Below are positions 56,014 through 64,000 of a DNA stretch of 64,000 bases, in pieces. The translations under genes were made by a program, and so were the position numbers. The stretch lies in the NCBI GenBank assembly GCA_049582105.1, contig JBAUTG010000005.1, forward strand, positions 2,672-66,671, given 5' to 3'. Source of the stretch: Candidatus Dormiibacterota bacterium (GTDB taxonomy: Bacteria; Chloroflexota; Dormibacteria; Aeolococcales; Aeolococcaceae). The notes below the pieces were generated by a model. The model was not told the origin of the DNA. It made no database searches and saw nothing but the letters and a program-made list of their open reading frames with translations. Position 1 is the stretch's first letter, and the number at the start of each line of letters is the position of its first letter.

Positions 56014-57447
56014 TCAGGGGACCACGTCGTACATCGCGTCCAGGGCGGCCGCGAACAGAAGGTCGAGCGCCTCGTTGCCCTCGGGGGAGCCGCCGAGCCC
56101 GTACAGCGCGCCGCTCTTCGCCGGTCCGAGACCCGGCGCCTTGGCGTAGGCTACCGCGGCGCGAAGATCCTCGAGGAACGCGTCCGCGACGCCCTCCGCC
56201 GTGTTGGGACGGGTGACGCAGAAATGGAGCCCGGGGGGCAGCTGCAATCCGTTGAGACGCCAGCCCTTGCTGATGAGGAAGTCATTGACGTGATAGATGT
56301 CGATGCCTTTGCCTCGGAACGCGATGATGAACGTCGGGTCGCCGAAGACCTCGAGCTCAGGAATCGCGCCGATGCCCTCGAGGATCGTCGCAGCGGTTGC
56401 GAAGATGCGCTCCGCGATCTCGAGATATCCCTGCTCCCCCAGGCTGAGCATCGCCGCCCATGCCGCGGCGACGACACCGCCTGATCGACTGCCGGACAGC
56501 CCCGGGGACATGTAGATGCCGCCCGGCCAGTCCGGGTAGCTGAAGTACTGGTATCGGCGGAGCGCGCTGTTCCGATAGAGGAGCACCGAGGTGCCCTTGA
56601 GCGCGTAGCCGAACTTGTGCGTGTCCGCTGAGATGCTGGTGACTCCGGGCAACCGGAAGTCGAAGACGGGTATGGGGTACCCGAGGCGCTCGGCCCAGGG
56701 CAGGATGAAGCCGCCCATGCATCCGTCGACATGGAGTCCGAGGTCGTATTCGAGCGCGAGCTCCGACATCTCCTCGATCGGATCGATGAGGCCGTGCGGG
56801 TAGTTCCCCGCGGAGCCGACGATCGCGATCGTGTTGCCGTTCACGTGCTCGCGCATCCAGGCGACGTCGGCGCGCCAGTCGGCGCCGACGGGCGCCTGGA
56901 TCAGGCGGATGTCGAGCATGTGCGCCGCCTTCTGCAGCGCCACGTGCGCGGTGACCGGAAGGATGACCTCGGGCTCACTGATCCCCTTCTCCACCCGGCC
57001 GCGCTCGCGATACACGAGCATCGGGTCGATCAGGCTTTCCGTGCCACCGAAGGTGATCACCCCGGAGACCTCCTCCCCCGGGTGATGTCCCTTGATCGCC
57101 TCGCCGTGGAGCAGGGAGGCGGTCATCGCCACGATCTCGCCCTCGAGCTTGGTCGCGCTCGGGTACATGTCGCGCTGCAGGACGTTGGCGTGCGCGAAAA
57201 GCCCGAACGCCTCGGTGAGGAAGGCGTAGTGATCGTGACCTCCGTGGTAGATCGAGCCCGATACCCGACCCGCGTTGGCCATCCGATCCTCCTCCTCAGC
57301 CATCACTCTGAGTTCCGCGAGGATGCTCTCCCGTGATCGGGGCTCCACAGGGATGCGGTGGTGTGCCTCGAAACGGTCGCGGTACGGATGGAAGTCGATG
57401 AGGCCTTCGAAATCCTGGGATTCCTCCGCCACGTGCTGATCTTTCAT
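56014..57447 (-). CDS. PLP-dependent group II decarboxylase (sphingosine-1-phosphate lyase/glutamate decarboxylase-like)
   Basis: The PLP-lysine motif is 'SISADTHKFGYALKGTSVLLYRN'. The fold is consistent with the SPL/GAD family. Confidence 0.75.
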   Translation of the reverse strand: MKDQHVAEESQDFEGLIDFHPYRDRFEAHHRIPVEPRSRESILAELRVMAEEEDRMANAGRVSGSIYHGGHDHYAFLTEAFGLFAHANVLQRDMYPSATKLEGEIVAMTASLLHGEAIKGHHPGEEVSGVITFGGTESLIDPMLVYRERGRVEKGISEPEVILPVTAHVALQKAAHMLDIRLIQAPVGADWRADVAWMREHVNGNTIAIVGSAGNYPHGLIDPIEEMSELALEYDLGLHVDGCMGGFILPWAERLGYPIPVFDFRLPGVTSISADTHKFGYALKGTSVLLYRNSALRRYQYFSYPDWPGGIYMSPGLSGSRSGGVVAAAWAAMLSLGEQGYLEIAERIFATAATILEGIGAIPELEVFGDPTFIIAFRGKGIDIYHVNDFLISKGWRLNGLQLPPGLHFCVTRPNTAEGVADAFLEDLRAAVAYAKAPGLGPAKSGALYGLGGSPEGNEALDLLFAAALDAMYDVVP

Positions 57448-57500
57448 CGCCGCGTGGATTGTCGCTCCAAGGCATGGCGGGGCGTCTATGCTCGGGCGCG

Positions 57501-58514
57501 ATGGCTGACGACGTCGTGATGGTCGAGGCGTCGGGGCGCGAGGTGCCGATCACCAATCCGGGCAAGGTCTATTTCAACGAGCGCCACGAGACGAAGCTCG
57601 ACCTGGTCCGCTACTACCAGTCCGTCGAGGACCCGCTCATGCGTGCGATGGGCGGGCGACCGGTTCTGCTGCAGCGGTTTCCCAATGGGGCAAGCGGACC
57701 GTCCTTCTTTCAGAAGCGCGTTCCGGACACGCGACCCGAGTGGCTCGAGACCACGATCGTCAGCACTCCCAACGGGACGACGTCGCGAGCCCTCGTCGCG
57801 GCAGATCTCGCCCACGTGCTCTGGGCGGTGAACATGGGCTGCCTCGGGTTCCACGTGTGGCCGTCGCTGGCCTCCGATCCGGAGCATGCCGACGAGCTCC
57901 GCATCGACCTCGACCCGAGCCCCGGGGTGACGTTCGCGATGGTCCAGGAAGCGGCGCGCGAGGTCCGCACCCTTTTCGACGAGCTCGGGGTGCTCTGCCT
58001 CCCCAAGACGACCGGCAACCGCGGCATCCATGTCTATGCGCGCCTACAGCCGCGGTGGACGTCATACGAGGTGCGATCCGCCGCGGTCGCGGTCGCGCGA
58101 GAGCTCGAGCGGCGCCGGCCCGACCTCATCACCGCCGCGTGGTGGAAGGAGGAGCGCGGGCGCCGAGTATTTGTCGACTTCAACCAGAACGCGCCACACA
58201 AGACCATCTTCGGAGCGTGGTCGGTGCGTGCCCGGTCGGGCGCACAGGTGTCGACACCCTTCGCATGGGCTGAGCTCGCGGAGATCAAACCCGACGCATT
58301 GACGGTGGTCACCGTGCCGCTGCGTGTCGCGCGCGACGGCGACCCGTGGCTGCCGATGTCCGCTTCGCCACAATCCCTCGAACCCCTGCTGGTGCTCCAC
58401 CGGCGAGACAGCGCCGCAGGGTTGGTCGACGCGCCGTGGCCGCCGCAGTATCCGAAGATGCCGGACGAGCCGTCGCGTGTCGCGCCGAGCCGGGCGAAGA
58501 AGACCGAGGTCTAG
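57501..58514 (+). CDS. LigD polymerase-domain (NHEJ primase-polymerase) protein, standalone
   Basis: It contains 'ITNPGKVYFNE...TKLDLVRYY', 'RFPNGASGPSFFQKRVPD', 'LDPSPGVTFAMVQEAA', 'LPKTTGNRGIHVY' and 'RVFVDFNQNAPHKT'. The start was set at ATG 57501. Confidence 0.8.
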   Translation: MADDVVMVEASGREVPITNPGKVYFNERHETKLDLVRYYQSVEDPLMRAMGGRPVLLQRFPNGASGPSFFQKRVPDTRPEWLETTIVSTPNGTTSRALVAADLAHVLWAVNMGCLGFHVWPSLASDPEHADELRIDLDPSPGVTFAMVQEAAREVRTLFDELGVLCLPKTTGNRGIHVYARLQPRWTSYEVRSAAVAVARELERRRPDLITAAWWKEERGRRVFVDFNQNAPHKTIFGAWSVRARSGAQVSTPFAWAELAEIKPDALTVVTVPLRVARDGDPWLPMSASPQSLEPLLVLHRRDSAAGLVDAPWPPQYPKMPDEPSRVAPSRAKKTEV

Positions 58515-58527
58515 GCGATTCGCGACC

Positions 58528-59307
58528 TCAGGCGGCTTGGATGACTGCGCACGCCGCAGTCTCGCCCGAGTCGATGAACCATACCGACGTCGTGGCGTCG
58601 ATCCCGGCGACGGCGAGCGTGAGGTCCGAGGCCAGGTCCACGGCGCGGCGATATTCGAGCACCGCTCGTAGCGGACCTGCGGCACTGCGATCGACGAGTG
58701 CGAGCGCCGTCTCGATGGCCTCCCAGTACACCGCGTTGTTCGCATGGCCGAGTGCATCGAGATCGGTGAGGCGCAGCGGCCACGGCAGTGTCGACGCCTC
58801 CGGCACGGGCCGCGCCGGCAACTCGAGCTTTGCGGACACGATCCTTCCGAGGGTCGACGGCCCGTACAGGGCGTCGAAGGCCGCCGGCAGGCGGGTGAGG
58901 CGACCCGCCGCACGGTCGATGAGCACCCAGATGCTCTCAGCCTCGGCGCGTCCACCCTCGTTGCCGCCAATCGTGGTGCGCCGTGCCGCCCAGTGTGACC
59001 CGGAGCCACTTGCCCACGTGGCGAGCGCGACCGTGGTGTCAGCCTTGAAGGGGCTGGAGACCTGAATCACGGTCCGTCGCACGACCCAGGTGAGCCGCGC
59101 GTCCTCCGCGTGCGCATCAGCTACGTCGTCAGACGCCACATCCTGCATGTACCGCGCCATGGCATCGAGACGAAGACGGCCGTCGGGAGCTGCGTCGGAG
59201 AGGCGAATCGGACGGTGGGACCGAAAGACACGTCCGCTCCCGGGTTCGGGCACGAGCGTGGAAGGTGGGGCCGTTTGATCTCCCATGGGTCCGGATTGTG
59301 GGCACAA
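58528..59307 (-). CDS. acyl-ACP thioesterase family protein (tandem hotdog)
   Basis: It contains 'RLSDAAPDGRLRLDAMARYMQDVASDD' and 'LRLTDLDALGHANNAVYWEAIE', typical of the two hotdog halves. Confidence 0.65.
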   Translation of the reverse strand: MCPQSGPMGDQTAPPSTLVPEPGSGRVFRSHRPIRLSDAAPDGRLRLDAMARYMQDVASDDVADAHAEDARLTWVVRRTVIQVSSPFKADTTVALATWASGSGSHWAARRTTIGGNEGGRAEAESIWVLIDRAAGRLTRLPAAFDALYGPSTLGRIVSAKLELPARPVPEASTLPWPLRLTDLDALGHANNAVYWEAIETALALVDRSAAGPLRAVLEYRRAVDLASDLTLAVAGIDATTSVWFIDSGETAACAVIQAA

Positions 59308-59467
59308 TGTGCTCCGGTCACGCCTCAGCCTGGTTTGGTTTCGGCGCGATGAGGTACCGTAGGGTCATCGCCTCGAAAGTTGAGGTGCATCGCTCGTGGT
59401 CGTCATTCCTTCTCGAACGGACGCGCTGCGTCTGTTTCACGTTCGAGAAGGGATTGGAGAGACCAGA

Positions 59468-59668
59468 GTGACTGGTACCGTCAAGAAGGTCGTTGCCGAG
59501 CGCGGCTTCGGCTTCATCAGCGCTGAGGATGGACAGGAGTATTTCTTCCATCGCAGCGGACTCGACAGCTCGTTGAGCTTCGAGAACCTTGCCGCCGACG
59601 AGCGCGTGAGCTTTGAAGTGGAGAACAGCGACAAGGGCCCGCGCGCCCGCCAGGTCCGCGCGGCCTAG
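59468..59668 (+). CDS. cold-shock domain protein (CspA family)
   Basis: It reads '(V)TGTVKKVVAERGFGFISAEDGQEYFFHRSGL...FEVENSDKGPRARQVR', which contains the RNP1-like 'KGFGFI' motif. It starts at GTG, 8 nt after GGAGAG, with a long 5' leader. Confidence 0.85.
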   Translation: MTGTVKKVVAERGFGFISAEDGQEYFFHRSGLDSSLSFENLAADERVSFEVENSDKGPRARQVRAA

Positions 59669-59763
59669 TCATCGCTGACTGAGGATCGTGCCGTCATCGC
59701 CGTGCGTGGCGGTGGCGGCGCATCTTCACCTTTCCGCAAGGGTCCGCTGCATACCCTGACAAC

Positions 59764-60054
59764 GTGGCGAGACAAACGCAGCTCGAGTCGGCACGTCTCC
59801 GCCGAGACCTGGGATTGGCGCGCGCGCGCCGGCTGACGGTCGCCACGGCGCTGGGAGCCACCGGGCTCACAGCAGTCATCGCCCTTGTGGCTGCCACCAC
59901 CATCCCGGGGCGAACGGCGAGCACCTCGCAGCAATCGACGACCCCATCCGAGGGTGACACGAGCGGCGTGCCGCAGCCCGGCCTGACCGGCCCGGGCCAG
60001 CTTCCCCAGCCCGTCAACGGTGGTGTGCCCATCGTCATCTCCGGCGGTTCCTGA
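59764..60054 (+). CDS. small hypothetical membrane/secreted protein
   Basis: It has one hydrophobic helix ('LTVATALGATGLTAVIALVAATTI') followed by an S/T/P/G-rich tail. It lies immediately upstream of the ferric-reductase-like gene. Confidence 0.3.
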   Translation: MARQTQLESARLRRDLGLARARRLTVATALGATGLTAVIALVAATTIPGRTASTSQQSTTPSEGDTSGVPQPGLTGPGQLPQPVNGGVPIVISGGS

Positions 60055-60069
60055 CTCCTGCTCGGTTCC

Positions 60070-60786
60070 GTGCTCGCCGCCGTCCTCGGCCCGACTCCCA
60101 TGTGGTACGCGACACGCGCGAGCGGATATACCGCGCTCGTCCTGGTGAGCGCCACCGTCGTTGTCGGGTTGATCACGTCGCTGCGACAGAGCACGCGAAA
60201 CTGGCCGAGGTTCCTCGTGCAATCGGTGCATCGCAACCTGTCGCTCCTTTTCGTCGCTTTTCTGGTGATCCACATCGCCACGTCCGTCCTCGACCCGTTC
60301 GCGAAGCTCACGGTTGCCGACGCCCTCGTCCCGTTCGTCGCGACATACCGCCCCCTCTGGCTGGGTCTCGGCGTGGTGAGTTGTGAGCTCCTGGTTGCAA
60401 TCACGGTCACGAGCCTTCTGCGCGGGCGGCTCGGGTGGCGTGCGTGGCGCGTTGTGCACCTCCTCGCGTATCTCAGCTGGCCGATCGCGGTCGTGCACGG
60501 GATCGGCACCGGCACCGACACCAAGTCGATCTGGGCGCTGCTGCTCGTCACGCTCTGCACAGTTGTCGTGATCACCGCGATTGTCTGGCGTCTCTCGGTG
60601 GCCGGGCCCCGGTTCGCGCTGCTGCGGTACAGCGGCATGGCCGCTGCGTTCGCGAGCGTCGCGGTTCTCATGATATGGATGGTGGCCGGACCGCTCCAGC
60701 CCGGCTGGGCAAAGGCGGCGGGTACGCCGGCGAGCCTTCTTGCCGGCACCACTGGTCAGGTCAATGCCGCCGGCTCCGGGCGTTGA
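60070..60786 (+). CDS. ferric reductase-like transmembrane domain protein (bis-heme b, MsrQ/FRE-type)
   Basis: It has six TM helices. Two His pairs spaced 13 residues apart lie on separate helices ('VHRNLSLLFVAFLVIHI', 'VVHLLAYLSWPIAVVHGI'), which is the FRD heme-ligand pattern. Confidence 0.7.
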   Translation: MLAAVLGPTPMWYATRASGYTALVLVSATVVVGLITSLRQSTRNWPRFLVQSVHRNLSLLFVAFLVIHIATSVLDPFAKLTVADALVPFVATYRPLWLGLGVVSCELLVAITVTSLLRGRLGWRAWRVVHLLAYLSWPIAVVHGIGTGTDTKSIWALLLVTLCTVVVITAIVWRLSVAGPRFALLRYSGMAAAFASVAVLMIWMVAGPLQPGWAKAAGTPASLLAGTTGQVNAAGSGR

Positions 60787-60793
60787 GCGCTCC

Positions 60794-62065
60794 ATGCCTG
60801 CGGTCACGCTGACGCACCGCCTGCTGCCGGCGGGTGTGGCGAGTGAAGGCCTGGCCGCCCACGCGGCAATCTTCGGCGCGCGGCCGGCGCTGAATCCGGG
60901 AGCCATGGTCTCGGTACTCGACGCGAGCGGGTTGCGCGGACGCGGCGGCGCAGGGTTTCCAACCGGCACGAAGTGGCGAGCCGTCATGGAGAACGCCGAG
61001 CGCTCAGGCGCCGTGATCGTGGCGAACGCGGCGGAGTGCGAACCGGCGAGTCGCAAGGATCGCCATCTGATCGCCCTGCGCCCGCACCTGATCCTCGACG
61101 GACTTGCACACGCGGCCGAGACGATGGGCGCGCGTCGAGCGATCGTCTACACGTCGCGATCACACAGCGCGCTGAGTGACGGGCTCGCGCGTGCGATCGT
61201 CGAGCGCAGACGCCAGGGCGACGGTGACCTCTTCATCGAGATCCTGAACGGCCCGAACCGCTATGTCGCCGGCGAGGAGACGGCGCTGATCTCGCGCGTC
61301 TCGGGCCGCCTGGCAAAGCCCCACGTCGTCCCCCCGCGGCCATTCCAGAGTGGGGTCGATGCTTTGCCCACGCTCGTTCAGAACGTGGAAACCCTTGCGC
61401 ATGCCGCGCTCATCGCCCGTTTCGGTCCGGAGTGGTTCCGTGAGGCCGGCACTGCGCGTGCTCCGGGGACGATGCTCCTCACGGTGACCGGAGCCGTCCG
61501 GGAGGCGTGCGTGGTCGAGGCAGACTCGCGCATGACCCTGGCTGATGTGATCGACCGCGCGGGTGGCCCCGTCGAAGACCCGGCTGCCCTTCTCATCGGA
61601 GGGTACTCCGGGCGTTGGGTGCCGTCCGGGGGCGTCTTGAACACACCGATGGACGCAGACATCGGCCGTGGCATCGCTGCGAACATCGGCGCTGGGGTTG
61701 TCGCCGTCCTTCCCGCAACCGCCTGCGGGGTCATGGAAACGGACCGCGTGCTCACGTATCTCGCGGATCAGACGGCGGGCCAGTGCGGCCCCTGTCATGT
61801 CGGCTTGCCTGCCACTGCGCGTCTGTTCCACGAGGTTGCGATCGGCTCGGCGCGACCATCGGCACTCGATGTCCTGGAGCGCTGGTCCGGCGAGGTGCCC
61901 GGCCGAGGCGCCTGTCGACACCCGGACGGCGCGATGCTCCTCCTGTCGAGTGCACTGCGGGTTTTCGCCGCGGATCTGCGACATCATCTCCGCCACGGCG
62001 CGTGCCGGTTCAGCGCGCGGGCGCCACTCCTGCCGGTGCCGGCTCTCGAGAAGGGGTGGTGGTGA
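60794..62065 (+). CDS. NuoF-like NADH-binding flavoprotein (respiratory complex I 51-kDa subunit family)
   Basis: The FMN site is 'RGRGGAGFPTGTKW', the NADH site is 'NAAECEP', and there is a C-terminal Cys cluster ('GQCGPC...GACRHPDG'). The start was set at ATG 60794, just after the upstream gene's stop. Confidence 0.8.
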   Translation: MPAVTLTHRLLPAGVASEGLAAHAAIFGARPALNPGAMVSVLDASGLRGRGGAGFPTGTKWRAVMENAERSGAVIVANAAECEPASRKDRHLIALRPHLILDGLAHAAETMGARRAIVYTSRSHSALSDGLARAIVERRRQGDGDLFIEILNGPNRYVAGEETALISRVSGRLAKPHVVPPRPFQSGVDALPTLVQNVETLAHAALIARFGPEWFREAGTARAPGTMLLTVTGAVREACVVEADSRMTLADVIDRAGGPVEDPAALLIGGYSGRWVPSGGVLNTPMDADIGRGIAANIGAGVVAVLPATACGVMETDRVLTYLADQTAGQCGPCHVGLPATARLFHEVAIGSARPSALDVLERWSGEVPGRGACRHPDGAMLLLSSALRVFAADLRHHLRHGACRFSARAPLLPVPALEKGWW

Positions 62066-62301
62066 AAGAGCGGCTGCACGTGGATCCCATCAAATGCAAG
62101 GCGCACGGCATGTGCGCCGAGCTCATCCCCGAGCGCATCCGCCTCGATGACTGGGGCTATCCGATCGTCGATCCGCGCGCGCTGTCACAAGACCTGCTGA
62201 GTCACGCCCGTCGCGCCGTCGCCGAGTGCCCTCGGGCTGCCCTCGCCGTTACCGGAGTCGACCAACCGGGAGCGCGAGACGGGCCACACGACGCCGATTG
62301 A
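62059..62301 (+). CDS. small ferredoxin (single Fe-S cluster type)
   Basis: It contains 'VDPIKCKAHGMCAELIPE...DWGYPIV...AVAECPRAAL' (C-x3-G-x-C...CP). It starts at one of three GTGs (62056, 62059 or 62062) overlapping the NuoF-like stop. Confidence 0.6.
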   Translation: MVKERLHVDPIKCKAHGMCAELIPERIRLDDWGYPIVDPRALSQDLLSHARRAVAECPRAALAVTGVDQPGARDGPHDAD

Positions 62302-63471
62302 GATCCCGCCGCCGGGGTTGTCCTCGATCCGCCAGTGCCCGCGTGTGGACCCGACGATCGCGTCACCGATGGCGAGACCGAGACCCGCTCCCTCGCCCTC
62401 GCTGGTGCCTCGGTGAAAGCGATCAAAGATGCGATGCCGCCGCTCCGGGCTGATACCCGGTCCGTCGTCGGCGACAGTGAGCCGAACGTGATTCCGCTCG
62501 CGAAGCGCGGAGATTCGAATGTGACCACCTGACGGCGTGTAGCGACATGCGTTGTCGAGCAGCACGCCGACAAGTCGATCGATCCACTCCGCGGGTGCGT
62601 CGATCAGTGCTGGCACGGATGCGACTGAGGCATCCTCGAGATGCAGCCCTCCCCGCTCGGCGATCGATGCGAACCGCTGGGCTCCCAGCTCGACCACCGT
62701 CACCACATCGACCGGCTCGGTCATGGGATCCGGTGGCATCGCATCGAACCGAGCGAGCCAGAGCAGGTCGTCCACGATCGCGCGCATCCGGCCGGTCTCA
62801 CCGGCAACACGGCGCAGCGCGTCCGTGCCGGCATCGCCATCCCGCGCGCCACTGAGCGCGAGGGACGTTTCGGCTTCGATGACCGCGAGCGGCGTGCGCA
62901 GCTCGTGCGAGGCGTCGGCAGTGAATTCCAGCTGGCGGCGGCGCGCCCGCTCGACAGGTCCCGCGGCATTCCGCCCGACGACAACGGCGCCACCGAAGAC
63001 CGCCGCGAGCAGAATCGGCCCGACGATCGCCTCGGTGACGAGGAGAGTCGTGACCGAGCTCGACTCGCCGGCGAGGCTGACCGCACCGACGAGCCGGCCG
63101 CCGTCGAATGCCGTCCCAGCGACGATCAGGTCATTGCCCGCAATCCACATCTCGGCGGGGGACGTTGCTCGCCGTGCAGCTGCCGTCAGCGACGGCGCGC
63201 CGACGCTTGAGCTGATCACATGTCCCGACGCGTCCAGTTGCCAGACGAGGAACGGATCATCGAGATCCGGCTCATTCAACACCTGCCGACCCCGGTCCCG
63301 TGTCAGCTGCCGCAACTCCGACGTCAGTCGCGTGGCGGCGGACGATCGGAGTGTGTGCGCCACCACGAGGTCGACCGCCACGCACAGGACAACAATCAAG
63401 ACCGCGACCGCGATCGTTGTGACCGCGGCAACTCGCACCGCGTTCCTGGCGAGTCTCGTCCCGGGGATCAT
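62185..63471 (-). CDS. two-component sensor histidine kinase
   Basis: It has two N-terminal TM helices. The H-box is 'ASHELRTPLAVIEAE'. The HATPase blocks are 'LDNACRYT' and 'GAGLGLAIGDAIVGSTRG'. Confidence 0.85.
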   Translation of the reverse strand: MIPGTRLARNAVRVAAVTTIAVAVLIVVLCVAVDLVVAHTLRSSAATRLTSELRQLTRDRGRQVLNEPDLDDPFLVWQLDASGHVISSSVGAPSLTAAARRATSPAEMWIAGNDLIVAGTAFDGGRLVGAVSLAGESSSVTTLLVTEAIVGPILLAAVFGGAVVVGRNAAGPVERARRRQLEFTADASHELRTPLAVIEAETSLALSGARDGDAGTDALRRVAGETGRMRAIVDDLLWLARFDAMPPDPMTEPVDVVTVVELGAQRFASIAERGGLHLEDASVASVPALIDAPAEWIDRLVGVLLDNACRYTPSGGHIRISALRERNHVRLTVADDGPGISPERRHRIFDRFHRGTSEGEGAGLGLAIGDAIVGSTRGHWRIEDNPGGGISIGVVWPVSRSRLVDSGNGEGSPRALGDGATGVTQQVL

Positions 63472-64000
63472 TGTTCGATCAGACGGTAGCCGACGCGACG
63501 CACGGCCTCGAATCGCACCCCCGCAGTCGCAAGTTTCGCTCGGAGCCGGGCGATGTGGACATCAATCGCGTTCGAAGCGATGGGATCCAGCGAATCCGGC
63601 CATGCGTGGTTGGCGATCGTGTCACGCCGAACGACGGCGGGACTCCGCCGAGCCAGCAGCTCGACGATCGCGTACTCGGTCGGCGTCAAGGCCACAACGT
63701 GACCGTTGACGGTCACGGTTCGCACAGCAGGATCGATCACCACCGCACCGGTGCGGAGATGCACACCAAGGCTCGCCGCGGGGCGGCGCATCAGGGCGCG
63801 AAGCCGAGCGAGCAACTCCTCGAAATCAAAGGGCTTCACGAGATAGTCGTCGCATCCCGCGTCGAGACCACGGATCCTGTCCGGCGGCGTGTCGCGTGCC
63901 GTCAGCATCAGCACCGGGACGGACACGCCCTGGAGACGGGCGGCGATGACCACGTCGATCCCTTGCATCGCCGGCATGCGCCAGTCGACGACGGCCGCGT
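63468..64000 (-). CDS. OmpR-family response regulator, 5'-truncated by the window edge
   Basis: The receiver end is 'VPVLMLTARDTPPDRIRGLDAGCDDYLVKPF'. The winged-helix output is 'VTVNGHVVALTPTEYAIVELLARR...RVGYRL'. It overlaps the downstream kinase by 4 nt. Confidence 0.85.
   Translation of the reverse strand, partial: AAVVDWRMPAMQGIDVVIAARLQGVSVPVLMLTARDTPPDRIRGLDAGCDDYLVKPFDFEELLARLRALMRRPAASLGVHLRTGAVVIDPAVRTVTVNGHVVALTPTEYAIVELLARRSPAVVRRDTIANHAWPDSLDPIASNAIDVHIARLRAKLATAGVRFEAVRRVGYRLIEQ

Noticed and set aside
59665-61056. 463-aa minus-strand ORF, and similar long antisense ORFs (e.g. 9576..10799, 32144..33682, 34090..35793, 40594..41745, 47018..48679, 49526..50842, 54523..55854, 61160..61996)
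   Set aside because: All lie opposite genes with clear domain signatures. They have R/G/P/A-dominated composition and no motifs. These are standard artefacts of ~70% GC.
1-64000. Mobile elements, prophage, integrases, CRISPR, rRNA
   Set aside because: No transposase, integrase, recombinase or Cas-like ORFs were seen. No long inverted terminal repeats and no rRNA-like segments were seen. Apart from the 50.8-51.3 kb and 20.5-21.1 kb leaders, GC content is uniform.

Overview
This is a gene-dense window of roughly 70% GC that looks actinobacterial (possibly Thermoleophilia-like). No transposases, integrases, CRISPR arrays or rRNA genes were seen.

Main content:
- A split Tad/Flp pilus locus: cpaB-tadB-tadC, a separate flp pilin gene with a strong intrinsic terminator, and three paralogous receiver-domain-CpaE/TadZ ATPase fusions. 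No CpaF/TadA ATPase and no prepilin peptidase lie in the window.
- A conserved minus-strand ribosomal cluster: rpmG (L33, absent from the ORF track), tRNA-Trp, secE, nusG, rplK, rplA. It is followed directly by the third cpaE paralogue rather than rplJ-rplL.
- cysH, an Ada-AlkA fusion with divergent ogt, and a lipid-metabolism patch (WS/DGAT, alpha/beta hydrolases, acyl-ACP thioesterase, fadD).
- A large adenylate cyclase-STAND-TPR protein with a small DksA/TraR zinc-finger gene immediately downstream.
- A c-di-GMP signalling island: three multidomain GGDEF/EAL proteins plus a hybrid histidine kinase.
- A MocR/GabR-type regulator with a repeat-rich lower-GC leader.
- A catabolic cluster (agmatinase, MFS, FGGY kinase, PLP-dependent decarboxylase), a standalone LigD polymerase-domain gene, a cold-shock gene, and a terminal two-component pair.

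The two most notable candidates are an operon of a bis-heme ferric-reductase-type membrane protein, a NuoF-like flavoprotein and a ferredoxin, and the receiver-CpaE triplication coupled to the ribosomal operon.

Many long ORFs in the track are antisense artefacts of the high GC content and were rejected.
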